In this document: positions 19,901 to 28,862 of the stretch, piece after piece
Layout: every line of letters begins with the position of its first letter
Numbering within the stretch: position 1 is the first letter of the stretch
DNA from: Planctomycetota bacterium
Lineage (GTDB): Bacteria > Planctomycetota > JAJSAM01 > JAJVHW01
Direction of reading: 5' to 3'
NCBI GenBank assembly: GCA_965248445.1
Contig: CBDFJG010000004.1
Span: 736,001 to 800,000 of the forward strand
Length of the DNA stretch: 64,000 nucleotides
Made by a program: the position numbers and the translations under genes
Notes under the pieces: model-generated
Databases searched by the model: none
Told to the model about the DNA's origin: nothing
Seen by the model: the letters and a program-made list of their open reading frames with translations, nothing else

Positions 19901-20465
19901 CTGCCGTGATATCCGGGATGTCGGCGGGTGGCTCGAGGAACTCGTCGAACGGACGGCCGGATGCGCGCGCGGCCTCGTACAGCGCGAGCATCCGCTCGTC
20001 TGCGTCTCCGCCCAGCGTCCTCGCTACCCGCGCGAACGTCTGGGGCTGCTCCCGCGCCAGTTCGGCCGCGAGCGCAGCCAACGCCTCGCGCGTCACGACG
20101 TCCGATTGCACTTCGTCGAGAACCTCGAAACCGGGGTCCACGCCGGCCTCGACGGCGTGCTCGCGTAACAATCGCGCACAATACGCGTGCACCGTCGAGA
20201 TGGCGGCGCGATCGACCTCCTCCGCCGCGTTCGGGACGCCGCCGGCGGCGAGGGCGCGGCCGAGTCGCTCCTTCATCTCTGCCGCGGCCCTCTCGGTGAA
20301 CGTGATCGCCGCAATGCGTTCGAGCGGAACCCCGTCCTCGACGACACGGCGCACGATTCGCTCAGTGAGCACGCGCGTCTTGCCGCTGCCCGCACCGGCG
20401 ACGACCGAGAGGTCGCTCCCACGGTGCATCACCGCCTCCATCTGGCGCGCATCGAGAGCGCTCAC
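16986..20465 (-). CDS. addA: AddA-like UvrD helicase with C-terminal PD-(D/E)xK nuclease
   Basis: AGAGSGKT, ITFTERAA, VDEYQDTN, VGDPKQSIYGFRGA, TVHQAKGLEF and LYVAVTRA helicase motifs; nuclease GQVDLL...IVDYKAG. Confidence 0.9.
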   Translation of the reverse strand: MSALDARQMEAVMHRGSDLSVVAGAGSGKTRVLTERIVRRVVEDGVPLERIAAITFTERAAAEMKERLGRALAAGGVPNAAEEVDRAAISTVHAYCARLLREHAVEAGVDPGFEVLDEVQSDVVTREALAALAAELAREQPQTFARVARTLGGDADERMLALYEAARASGRPFDEFLEPPADIPDITAARADVAAAAAVLVTAKAGASVAMTRRADAALGVVRGLPWGTDEEAVAVAARAAAASIKLPGAGAADVNAALAAVRSALYEMHGAAAEAWIAPHRRELAGLLTRLRELHDEIKGNGARLDFADLELRALELLSGAPDLQAEIAARRTDLLVDEYQDTNPIQSRLVELLRRDGSLFVVGDPKQSIYGFRGADVEVFLERTEREGTARVDLSVSYRARPALLAFVNALFDGGVSRGAPELGVRPVPFRPLVAARPAHADGGPRVETALLANDTLIAARIDEARWIADRIVALTAGETPLRVRSESPENADGPDGAESTRPAAPGDVAILLRAMTHVKLIERALTERDVPYTVVKGRGFYEAREVVDLANLLSCVDCAADDLRMASVLRSPSCGLDDESLFRLTSARGGRTLSDVVERVARGDRDAPSLTSGAARRLVEFVSVFAELRRVRGRVPLAELVDRSIRATDHDLIVLARPSGRQRLANLRKIQDMARAADDSGGVPLAIFVDRLRQLRQREVRETEAPIAGAGAVSVMTVHQAKGLEFPLVFVPDMARAHRHPSSGLECHAQDGVGLLPDLPWGPVRKQEARPLAFRRIRAANAARDDAESMRLLYVAVTRASEHLVLTAAVSSSSHNAKRPWWDRVIAVAPCAGDAALVLAHAAAAPPSSSGRAVRSRMGDVSRALVSGRAPGGNPGDRARAEARDLMTIADRAPPRPSGALFESTVSAVMTYSRCPIAFRRRHVLGIPESLDLDGGSPGISDGERPFRPGDDDEIGSPLGRRALGRAVHLALERLVPAFDGDIEQTVRDALRSETRGAPPGGADVARVVQWTKTFRDSDLGDAVRGLPRDRVRREQSILVRAGPTILRGQVDLLFRTDEGWVIVDYKAGAVDGAARAYAVQMQLYGLALSRIDARPPARATLFSLPDGTTHDVDVTRPALDELERGLVQRFLDATRDEDYRHAPGDATCELCGHRG

Positions 20466-23400
20466 GGCTGCTCCTCGACGCGGCAGAGGTCCGTGTACGG
20501 ACAGCGCGGGCAGCGGTCCGGATCAACCGGTGCTACGAGAATCTCGCCGCCCCGGATCCGCCCGTCCAGTTCACCGACGATGGCCGCGACCTCGCTCAGG
20601 CGCGCCTCTGGGTCGTCGCTCCAGATGACGGACGACTTCGGTGCCTTGTCGGCGTCACCCAACCACAGCCAGCGCCGGCGGCGGTCACGCAGGGTGAGGT
20701 ACGCGGCGCCGACGACTCTCAGGTTCCGCGCGGCACGCATCGCGAGCACGTAGATCGGCAGTTGCAGGTCCAGCCCCGCTGCGATCTTCGCTGGGAGGCC
20801 TGCGTACCGCTCGCTGCGCGACGTCTTGTAGTCGAGCACGACCACGTTGCCGTCCGCGTCGTGGTCAACTCGGTCCACACGGCCGAGTAACGGAACCTCG
20901 GTGCCGTCGGGCACCCGCACCGCGACTGGCTCGGATCGGCCCCCCGCCCCATCCCCGACAGCACCGAACGGCTGTTCGACCTCCTGCCGCACTGTGTTCG
21001 CAAGCGGTGGACGCTGGGCGTCATCCTCCAGCGCATCTGCCACCGCCTTCTGCAGCGTGAGCCGGGCACGCTCGGTGGTCAGCGACGGGAAGGCCTCGCC
21101 CGCGAACCGCTCCCACTCCGCGTCGAACACCTGCTGGACGGCATCGGGGTCGCCCTGCGCATCGCGGCGATCGTCGAACAGGCGTTGCAACGCGCCGTGC
21201 GCGACGTTCCCCTGGGTGAGCGCGTCGACGCCGTCCTCGGGACGGGCTGGAGACTCCCGCAGTCCGAGGCCCTTGCGCGCGAAGTGACGGTACGGGCACT
21301 GAGCGAAGTCCGACAGGGACGTCGACGACCGCGCGGCGCGGCGCGCGAGGTGCGCCCGCGCGGCGGAGTCCTCGGACAGGACAGGTTGAGACACCAGACG
21401 CGCCCGCGCCGCGCGAATGAGGGCGTGCCCCCCGCGCAGCACGGGCAGCGCATTCTCGGCGACCGCGCGTGCGACGACCTCCTGCAGAACACAGACCGCC
21501 ACGTCCTGGCGCCCGGCCCCTGCGCTCCCTGTCGGGTGCCGCTCCGACAGCGCCGCGATCGCTGCGCGGGTCAGGTCGCGCTCGCCTGCGATCTCGGCAT
21601 CGGCCGGTCGCACATCGCCGGGAGCGCGGTCTGCGCCCTCCGGGCGGCGCTGTTCGGCGGGGAAGACCGAGAGCACTCGCTCGAGGAACGGCGATGGCAC
21701 GGCCGCCTCGCCCCGCTCGTCGCATGACGACGTCGTGAGCACGAGCGTGTTTCGAGCCCGGGTTACCGCGCAGTAGAAGAGGAAGCGTTCGCGGTGCAGT
21801 GCACGATCCATGCGCGTCGGAAGACGCACGCCGGTCGAGCGGCGCAGAGTCTCGCGGTCGTCGTCCCTGACGAACACATCCTCCGCGGTCGCGGCCGGGA
21901 ACTCTCCCATGCGAAGCCCGGCCACGATCACGACTGCGGCCTCCCACGTCCGCGATTCCTCCGCGTCCACCAGATTCACGGCGTCGATACGCCGGTCCAC
22001 CGCGCGCGTGCGTGCTCGCTCCGCCGCCGCCCTCGCGGAGCGCACCACCTCGGCCGCACCTCCCGCCGCCGCGGAGACGCGATGGCCCGCCAGTGCATCG
22101 GCCACGATGTCGCGAGTGCGGCACATCGCCGCCGCGTCGGCGGCGGCACGGGCGCCGTCCGACGGCCGGATGGTGCCCTGGTACGACGTCTCCAGCAGTT
22201 CGGGCACCGCGACCAACATCGCGAGGACGGACTCCGCGACGTCCAGATGAGGCGCCGCGTCGACCTCGAGCAGCGGTTCGCGCGCTGCTTCCTCGGGCAC
22301 GACGCGAGCGCGCACAGCCCTCGCACTCGCCAGCCAGGCGGCCGCGCCCGGACTCTCCTCCTCGAGCGCGAGCGCGTGCAGATCGGACAGCGTTCGCAGT
22401 CCGCGTGCCCGCGCAACGTGCACAACGCGATCGGCCTCGCAGTCCGGCACCCCCCGCGCGTCACCCGCCGAGAGGGCCAGACGCGCTGCATCGCCCTCGA
22501 TCGCACCGGAGAGCAGACCGAGGAGCCGAAACGCCGATCGTGCGACGGGTGCGGCGAGGAGCGGCGCACCGCCGACGCAGCGGTGTGGCACTCCGTGGTG
22601 CCGCAGCGCGTCCCGTATCCGTCCCCCGGTCGCCCCGTTCATGTGCCGGACGACCACGAGGATGTCCCGTCGCGCGACACCGTCCGCTGCGAACCGGCGG
22701 CAGAGCCGAGCCACGCGATCCGCCTCGTCCGCCGGGTCCGCTCCCGCCACGATCCGCACGCTTCCGTCCGGAGCAGCTGGTTCCACGGAATGGTCGGACA
22801 CGGCGCGCTCGACACGGCCGAGGTCGCCGCACAGTCGTGCTGTACCCGGCAGCAGTTCCACCGCCAGCCGCGACCCCGCGACGAGTTGTGCGCGTAGCGC
22901 GCGGGACACGGCGAACGGCCCGAGCGCGCCTGCGTCGGAAGGGACTCCGGCCGCCCCCCGATCGTCGCGGGACGCGTCGCCGAGCAGCGTGACGATCGCG
23001 CGGTCGGACCGCTCGATCAGCAACTGGACGATGCGCTCCTGCAACTGAGTCAGGTCCGTGAATCCGTCCACGGCGGTGAGTGCCAGTCGCGACGCTTCGC
23101 TCTTCAGCGCCCCGTCCATCCCAGCCTGGTCTTCGCGCAGCGCGAGGAGTAGCTCGTGCAGCAGATCCTCGTGGTCCCGGAGGCCCGCGTGTCGGAGCTC
23201 ATCCTGATACGCCACGACGACGCGCGCGAGCCCCGCCACCTTGGCGCCTCGGGCAGGCGGCAACGACGCGGCGGCGGCGACGATCCGGTCGGCCGCGGCG
23301 GTGAGACGTCCCGCGCCCGGCTCGACCTCGGAGCTCTTGATCTCCTTCACGAAGCGAAGCGCCGCGGCGCGGAACCCGGGGAACCCGCGTACCGCCTCGA

Positions 23401-23752
23401 ACTCGGGCACGGCCACACGCGCCAGCGCGCGCTGCAGCAGCGCGTCCTGCACCGCGCCGGAGGCGAGTCCCGACAAGCGCACGCCGGTCTCGCGCTCCGC
23501 GAGTTGCTCGAACGTTCCGATGCCGCGATCCAGCAGCGCAGGGAGTCCGTCCTGACCACGGAGCAGTCGGCGCTTCATGTGTTCGGCCTGCGAGTACGTC
23601 GGGACGATCACCGCAAATCGCTCGTAGCGGCCTCCGCGATCGCCCCTCTCGAGCAACTGCCGCACGGCCGCGACCACGCGGTGCGTCTTGCCCGACCCGG
23701 CCCTCCCGATCAGGAGGGTGCGCGGGGAGGCTTCGGAGGCGGGGGCCGACAC
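20462..23752 (-). CDS. addB: AddB-like subunit (degenerate helicase plus Fe-S PD-(D/E)xK nuclease)
   Basis: GRAGSGKT at the N-terminus, VDGFTDLT, QCPYRHF, GRVDRVD, LDYKT, QLPIY, CPRCPYTDLC. Overlaps addA by 4 nt. Start placed at GTG 23752, behind TAGGCT. Confidence 0.85.
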   Translation of the reverse strand: MSAPASEASPRTLLIGRAGSGKTHRVVAAVRQLLERGDRGGRYERFAVIVPTYSQAEHMKRRLLRGQDGLPALLDRGIGTFEQLAERETGVRLSGLASGAVQDALLQRALARVAVPEFEAVRGFPGFRAAALRFVKEIKSSEVEPGAGRLTAAADRIVAAAASLPPARGAKVAGLARVVVAYQDELRHAGLRDHEDLLHELLLALREDQAGMDGALKSEASRLALTAVDGFTDLTQLQERIVQLLIERSDRAIVTLLGDASRDDRGAAGVPSDAGALGPFAVSRALRAQLVAGSRLAVELLPGTARLCGDLGRVERAVSDHSVEPAAPDGSVRIVAGADPADEADRVARLCRRFAADGVARRDILVVVRHMNGATGGRIRDALRHHGVPHRCVGGAPLLAAPVARSAFRLLGLLSGAIEGDAARLALSAGDARGVPDCEADRVVHVARARGLRTLSDLHALALEEESPGAAAWLASARAVRARVVPEEAAREPLLEVDAAPHLDVAESVLAMLVAVPELLETSYQGTIRPSDGARAAADAAAMCRTRDIVADALAGHRVSAAAGGAAEVVRSARAAAERARTRAVDRRIDAVNLVDAEESRTWEAAVVIVAGLRMGEFPAATAEDVFVRDDDRETLRRSTGVRLPTRMDRALHRERFLFYCAVTRARNTLVLTTSSCDERGEAAVPSPFLERVLSVFPAEQRRPEGADRAPGDVRPADAEIAGERDLTRAAIAALSERHPTGSAGAGRQDVAVCVLQEVVARAVAENALPVLRGGHALIRAARARLVSQPVLSEDSAARAHLARRAARSSTSLSDFAQCPYRHFARKGLGLRESPARPEDGVDALTQGNVAHGALQRLFDDRRDAQGDPDAVQQVFDAEWERFAGEAFPSLTTERARLTLQKAVADALEDDAQRPPLANTVRQEVEQPFGAVGDGAGGRSEPVAVRVPDGTEVPLLGRVDRVDHDADGNVVVLDYKTSRSERYAGLPAKIAAGLDLQLPIYVLAMRAARNLRVVGAAYLTLRDRRRRWLWLGDADKAPKSSVIWSDDPEARLSEVAAIVGELDGRIRGGEILVAPVDPDRCPRCPYTDLCRVEEQP

Positions 23753-23855
23753 GCAGCCGAGCCTACGCCCGCAGCGGGACAGCACACCAGCGGCTCGCCA
23801 GAGGAGGCCCCATCGGCTCGCGGAGGCGGCCGCCCGATCCAGTACGATCCCGCGG

Positions 23856-24989
23856 ATGCGCGACCTCGACCGCAGCGTGGCGATCCTGGGCACCGGCTCC
23901 GCCGTGGGCGCCCATCGCGTCACCAACGCCGAGCTCCAGCCCCGGATCAAGGGCTACGACGACTCGTCGGGCGACTTCGCGGTCTGGGTGGACCGCGTCA
24001 CCCACATCCAGGAGCGGCCGTGGACGGACCCCGCGGAGGACGGCGCCAGGGTCCTCTCGCTCGCGGCGGCGAAAAACGCCATCGAGGCCTCGGGCGTCGA
24101 TCCGTCCGAGATCGACCACCTGATCTTCGGTTCGTTCACGTTCCACGACCTCTACCCCGGCGTCCACGCGTGGCTCGTGCAGGAGCTCGGCCTCTCGGGC
24201 GGCTCGTTCTACCTGACCGCCGCGTGCTCGGGCTCGCTGTGGGGGCTGACCATCGGTCGCTCTCTCGTGCAGTCCGGACAGAGCCGCAACGTGCTGGTGA
24301 TCGGGACCGAGTGCATGTCGCGCGTCGTCGACTGGAGCGATCCGGTGACCGCGATCCTGTTCTCGGACGGCGCCGGCGCGGTCGTGATCGGACGCAAGGA
24401 CGACGGCGAAGAGACAGGTTTCGTCGGGCAGAGCGTGCTGAAGACCGAGTACACGACCGGCAACATCCAGATGTGGAACACGAACGTCCCGCTCGACATG
24501 CGACTCGACCACACGCAGGAGCGCACGACGGAGCGGCAGTTCGTGGGCATGCGGGGAGGACCGCGCGTGCTGAAGAACGCGGTCACGCGCATGGCCGGCT
24601 CCGTGTGCGAGGTTCTCGGGTTCGATTACGAGGGCCTGCGCGGCGACGACCCCGGGCTGCGCAAAGTGCTCTCCAACGCGAAGATCGTCCCCCATCAGGC
24701 GAACGGCCGCATCGTCGAGGGGCTGCAACAGAAGCTCGGACTGCCCAACGAGCAGGTCTACAAGACGATCTATTGGCTCGGGAACTGCTCGGCCGCGACC
24801 AATCTCGTCACGCTGGACTACGGGATCCGCGAGGGGAACCTGTGTCGCACGCCGCCCGAGGACGGCAGTGGCAAGATGGGCGCAGTGACGCCCTGCGGCG
24901 AGACGATCCAGAAGGGCGACCTCGTCGTCCTGACTGCAATCGGTGCCGGTTATCTGTACGGCGCGATCGCGTTCCGTCAGGCGTATTGA
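23856..24989 (+). CDS. 3-oxoacyl-ACP synthase III (FabH)-family protein
   Basis: Cys-His-Asn triad motifs AACSG, PHQAN and GNCSAA; ILFSDGAGA; AIGAG. Confidence 0.88.
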   Translation: MRDLDRSVAILGTGSAVGAHRVTNAELQPRIKGYDDSSGDFAVWVDRVTHIQERPWTDPAEDGARVLSLAAAKNAIEASGVDPSEIDHLIFGSFTFHDLYPGVHAWLVQELGLSGGSFYLTAACSGSLWGLTIGRSLVQSGQSRNVLVIGTECMSRVVDWSDPVTAILFSDGAGAVVIGRKDDGEETGFVGQSVLKTEYTTGNIQMWNTNVPLDMRLDHTQERTTERQFVGMRGGPRVLKNAVTRMAGSVCEVLGFDYEGLRGDDPGLRKVLSNAKIVPHQANGRIVEGLQQKLGLPNEQVYKTIYWLGNCSAATNLVTLDYGIREGNLCRTPPEDGSGKMGAVTPCGETIQKGDLVVLTAIGAGYLYGAIAFRQAY

Positions 24990-24990
24990 G

Positions 24991-25692
24991 ATGCCGGACG
25001 ACTCGGCGCCCGCTGCACGCCGCACTCCGCCGAACGTTCTCCCGCCGGCCGTCGGCGCCGTCTCGGTGATCGCACTCCTCGCGGTCGTCGGGTTCATCGT
25101 GAGCGCCTGCGACTCGGGAGCGCCCGTGGACGGCGTGCCCGCCGCCTACGTCACCACGAACTACGACTTCGAGGAGACGTGGTCCGGGGACCACCCCCGC
25201 CTCCGCGAGGGAGTGCAGATCGTCGAGTGGACCGCGCAGATCGAGGCCAAGCGAAAGCCGGAGAAGTACACGCTCCGGGTCGCCGGCACGGACCTCACCC
25301 CGCTGACTCCCGAGGACGTCATCCCGCACATGCGGCAGGTCACCACGGCGCGCGAGGCGATCGACCACGCCGACCTCCTGCGCACCCTTCGCGTCGCGCC
25401 CGGCTACGGATTCGCGGCTCAGACGGGCGGATCCCCTGGATTCAACCCGGCGACCTTCGACTCCTGGGCCAGCGAGAAGAGCCTGAGTCCCGACGCCATC
25501 GCCGAGCGCGCGGAGAGTGAGGGCGGGTACAAGATCGTGCGTCCCGTGGCCGAGTTCACCGACGACGGACCGCGGATCATCGTGCTGCGCGAATTCGTGG
25601 GTGACGACGGCTCGTACTCGTTCTCGTCGGCCGGCGTACTCGCGGCGCCGGACGAGGTCGCCCGGCTGCGACTCGTCGTGTCCGACCTCTGA
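24991..25692 (+). CDS. Hypothetical exported protein/lipoprotein
   Basis: Starts 1 nt after the fabH-like stop. Hydrophobic stretch ends in a lipobox-like VSA-C. Confidence 0.65.
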   Translation: MPDDSAPAARRTPPNVLPPAVGAVSVIALLAVVGFIVSACDSGAPVDGVPAAYVTTNYDFEETWSGDHPRLREGVQIVEWTAQIEAKRKPEKYTLRVAGTDLTPLTPEDVIPHMRQVTTAREAIDHADLLRTLRVAPGYGFAAQTGGSPGFNPATFDSWASEKSLSPDAIAERAESEGGYKIVRPVAEFTDDGPRIIVLREFVGDDGSYSFSSAGVLAAPDEVARLRLVVSDL

Positions 25693-25717
25693 GAGCAGGA
25701 CCGGCTAGCCTTTCGGG

Positions 25718-27967
25718 ATGACGCGGACCTGGCGAACGCTCTTCGCGACGACCACGGGGTTGCTCCTGCTGGGAACGGCCGTCGCTCAGGAGCAAGAACC
25801 ACAGGGGGCTCAGGAGCAAGAACCACAGGGGGCGCAGGAGCAAGAACCGCAGTGGGAGCGCGATCTGCGCGCTGTCGTCCCCCACGGCCGCTGGCACGTG
25901 ACCGCCAGCGTGGTCGTGGGCGCAACACGGGTCATCGACGAACTGACCGGTGACGGCATACCCGGAGCACGCTTCCTTCGCTACACGGAGATGAGCACGC
26001 CGGAGGCCGAGCTGATCGGCGCCACCACCACCGACCATCTCGGATACGCGTGGCTGCCGCTTCGCGACTGGCGCGTCGACTGCCACTGGCTCGTGCTCGC
26101 CGACGGCTATGCGCCGGAGGAGGGCTACGGAATAGCGCCGGACGAGGAGATCGAACTTCGACCGGGCCGGACGTCCACGTTCCAGATCCTGGACGGACTC
26201 GGCAGTCCGGTGGCGGACGCCCGCGTCGAGGCGTTCCAGGGTTGCGGCCACGCACCGACTGCGCGTGCCGGTCGCACCGACGCGAACGGCTTCGTCACGC
26301 TGCACGACGTGGACGACTCCGAAGTCGTTTGGGTCGAGGACGGCCCCATCTCCCCGGACTACCTGCACCCGGACAACGAACTCGCACTGGGCGCGAGGCG
26401 GCGCTTCGTGCTCCCGACCGGCGTCACCGCCACGGGTAAGGTCACCGATCCGCTGGGCCGTCCCCTCCGTGGAGTCGAGGTGCGAAAGCTCGGCTCGAAG
26501 CGCGGGCCCGCGGTGCTGACCGGCAACGACGGCAGCTATCGCCTGTTCGGCGTCGATCCGTCGGAACCGTTGTCGTTCTTCCACGCGCAGGCTGAGAAAG
26601 CGCTCATCGTCGATGCGGACGAGTGGGATGCCGACTTCCCGCTGACGCTCGCGCTCACTCCGTGGGGCCGCGCCGAGGCGGACCTGCGAGCCGGGCCGCA
26701 GACGGTCGACGTCAATGTCGTCGACGGCGCGGGGGGACCCGCCGAGCTGATGACGCTGATGCTGGTCCGCCGCGCAGACGGACGCGTGTTCACGGAGTAC
26801 ACCGAGTCGGCGGAGTATCGCGGCGACGACGACCCTCCCCCGGGTAGGGCGCAGTTCCGCGTGCCGCCCGGCACATGGGATCTCGTGCAGCCCGACCGAT
26901 TCTCGTCGCACACATTCGAAGCCCAGACCTGTGTGACGAGCGAGCCGCTCCGCGTGACCGTGCAGGCGCGAGCGCAGCCGCGCCTGTCACTCGAGGGCCC
27001 CATTCCCGACAAGGCAGACCTCACGCTGGCGGTGCCGGGCTACGAAGTCGAGATCGAGCGCGACGAGGACACTCCCTGGCGGACCATCACGTGGCTGCCG
27101 GCCGGCGTCAGGGCCACCGTTCGCGTCGAGCACATGGACGAGACGTTCTTCTTCACGGTCGGGCCGGAGAAGCCCGATCCGTTCAACCCCGGCGGGTTCC
27201 TCCGCACCGCCGTCGTCGACATCCCACCACCGCACACCATCCAGCTCGACGGCAGCAGCGACGCCGGCCTCTTTCACCGGGGCGTAGCGTGTTCACTGCA
27301 CGGCCTGCGCAGTCCGTACACGACGTACGCCACCGGTGACCTGGTCTTCCAGGTGACGCAGGCCGGGGCCGTCGTCGAGTACGGCATCACGCTTCCGGGG
27401 GGCGAAGCCACACACATCGACCTCACCGACGCGATCGGGCAGATCGATCTGCCCATGAACATCGCGGTGACCATCACCGAGGACTTCCCCGAGTTCGTGC
27501 TGGTCGAGGCCCGCGGCGCCGGTCTGCCGAACGGGTCGTTCGACGGGTCCCTCATCGAGCCCGGCACGCTGTTGATCCCGGCGAGCGGAGAGGTCGTCGT
27601 GCGGCTCCGCCGCGCTGGATACGCGACGATCAAGAAGGTCGTCGACTCGCCCGCGAACGTTGTCCCCGACTGGGGCGGCGCGACGCTGGTGCTCGACGTC
27701 CAGACCGAGCTGGACGGCGCTGCGGAGGCGCGCGTGCTCGTGGACGGCGACACGGTTGTGGGCGAGGACGGCGGCGACCTGACGGCGACGGGCGAGATCC
27801 GTGTCCGCGGCCTCACGCCGGGCGCGCACACGGTCGCGCTGATCCCGACCGACCACACTCTCGTGGGCCGTGAGCTGCGGCTGGTCCTCGGCGACGGGGA
27901 GACCCACCGCCGGGTCGTGCTCCGCGACGCCGACGACTACGACGACTACGACGACTACGACGACTGA
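25718..27967 (+). CDS. Secreted protein with carboxypeptidase-regulatory-like/transthyretin-like beta domains
   Basis: Signal peptide, repeated GxVxDxxGxPxxGxxV-like motifs, N-terminal QEQEPQGA repeats and C-terminal DDY repeats. Confidence 0.75.
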   Translation: MTRTWRTLFATTTGLLLLGTAVAQEQEPQGAQEQEPQGAQEQEPQWERDLRAVVPHGRWHVTASVVVGATRVIDELTGDGIPGARFLRYTEMSTPEAELIGATTTDHLGYAWLPLRDWRVDCHWLVLADGYAPEEGYGIAPDEEIELRPGRTSTFQILDGLGSPVADARVEAFQGCGHAPTARAGRTDANGFVTLHDVDDSEVVWVEDGPISPDYLHPDNELALGARRRFVLPTGVTATGKVTDPLGRPLRGVEVRKLGSKRGPAVLTGNDGSYRLFGVDPSEPLSFFHAQAEKALIVDADEWDADFPLTLALTPWGRAEADLRAGPQTVDVNVVDGAGGPAELMTLMLVRRADGRVFTEYTESAEYRGDDDPPPGRAQFRVPPGTWDLVQPDRFSSHTFEAQTCVTSEPLRVTVQARAQPRLSLEGPIPDKADLTLAVPGYEVEIERDEDTPWRTITWLPAGVRATVRVEHMDETFFFTVGPEKPDPFNPGGFLRTAVVDIPPPHTIQLDGSSDAGLFHRGVACSLHGLRSPYTTYATGDLVFQVTQAGAVVEYGITLPGGEATHIDLTDAIGQIDLPMNIAVTITEDFPEFVLVEARGAGLPNGSFDGSLIEPGTLLIPASGEVVVRLRRAGYATIKKVVDSPANVVPDWGGATLVLDVQTELDGAAEARVLVDGDTVVGEDGGDLTATGEIRVRGLTPGAHTVALIPTDHTLVGRELRLVLGDGETHRRVVLRDADDYDDYDDYDD
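25784..25855 (+). repeat. 24-bp coding tandem repeat x3
   Basis: GCTCAGGAGCAAGAACCACAGGGG twice exactly, plus one variant copy. Confidence 0.9.
27932..27964 (+). repeat. 9-bp coding tandem repeat (GACGACTAC)x3 plus GACGAC
   Basis: Directly visible; encodes DDYDDYDDYDD just before the stop. Confidence 0.9.
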
Positions 27968-28035
27968 CGGCGAGTGCGACGGTGCGTGCGACGGCGCTGC
28001 GCCGCTTGCACCGCCCCGCCCCAGCCTCGCCAGTG

Positions 28036-28052
28036 TTGGCACACCCGTTGCG
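28036..28052 (+). promoter_or_regulatory. Sigma-54 (-24/-12) promoter upstream of hsp20
   Basis: TTGGCACACCCGTTGCG matches TGGCAC-N5-TTGC with exact GG-N10-GC spacing. Confidence 0.75.
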
Positions 28053-28104
28053 ATCCCCTCCCCCGTACGCCGGCTGGCGGCGCGACGAAACGGAGGAACT
28101 CAGG

Positions 28105-28590
28105 ATGTGGCTCTCACGCCGACACGACATGCCCTTCGCGGCTTTCACTCGCATGCACGACGAGATGAACCGCGTCTTCAACGAAACGACTCAGCTTCAA
28201 AGGAACGATGACATGACCACCTGCACGACCGACTGCACCCCCACCGCCGCCGCGAAGACCCGCCGGACCGTCACCCCGCGCGCCGACGTCTGGGAGACCG
28301 ACGACGCCGCCCACGTGGTCGCGCAGGTTCCCGGCGCGACGAAGGAGGGTCTCGAGGTCACCGCCCTCGAGAACCGCCTGATCGTCAAGGCGCAGGTGGA
28401 CGCCCCCGCGTACGAGGGCGAGCTGATCCGGGCCGAGTGGCGCCCCGCGGACTACCACCGCGAATTCGCGCTCTCCCGCACGGCGGACAAGGAGGGCATC
28501 ACGGCGAAGCTCGCCAACGGCCTCCTGCACATCCGCATTCCGAAGACCGCCACGAGCAAGCCCCGCAGCATCGACGTCAACGTCGAGTAG
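28105..28590 (+). CDS. Hsp20/alpha-crystallin small heat-shock protein (alternative start 28213)
   Basis: TPRADVWET, VPGA and AKLANGLLHIRIPK motifs. GGAGGA RBS precedes ATG 28105 and AAGGA precedes ATG 28213. Confidence 0.9.
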   Translation: MWLSRRHDMPFAAFTRMHDEMNRVFNETTQLQRNDDMTTCTTDCTPTAAAKTRRTVTPRADVWETDDAAHVVAQVPGATKEGLEVTALENRLIVKAQVDAPAYEGELIRAEWRPADYHREFALSRTADKEGITAKLANGLLHIRIPKTATSKPRSIDVNVE

Positions 28591-28862
28591 GCGGACCCGC
28601 AACACCCATCCGCGGGGGACCGTCCCCAACAAGGGTCCTCTGACCTCCCTTCCAAGGACTGGCCCGGCCGCACAGGCCGGGCTGGTTCGATTCTGCTGGT
28701 TCGATTCGGGGCGCCTGCTCGCGAGTGCCAGGCCCGATGAGAGCCGCGATTCTGGCGCACCCCCCAGCGTGGATCCCGGTTGTCTTGAGTGCCAAGTACA
28801 GTCCGGTGGGCGGTGCCGCGCGTGCGGCGCCAGGGCGGAACGTGGACCGAGGGCTCCCGCGA

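Noticed and set aside
16986..23752. Cas4 or anti-phage helicase-nuclease defence system
   Set aside because: Motifs, sizes and the overlapping two-gene layout fit housekeeping AddAB recombination repair.
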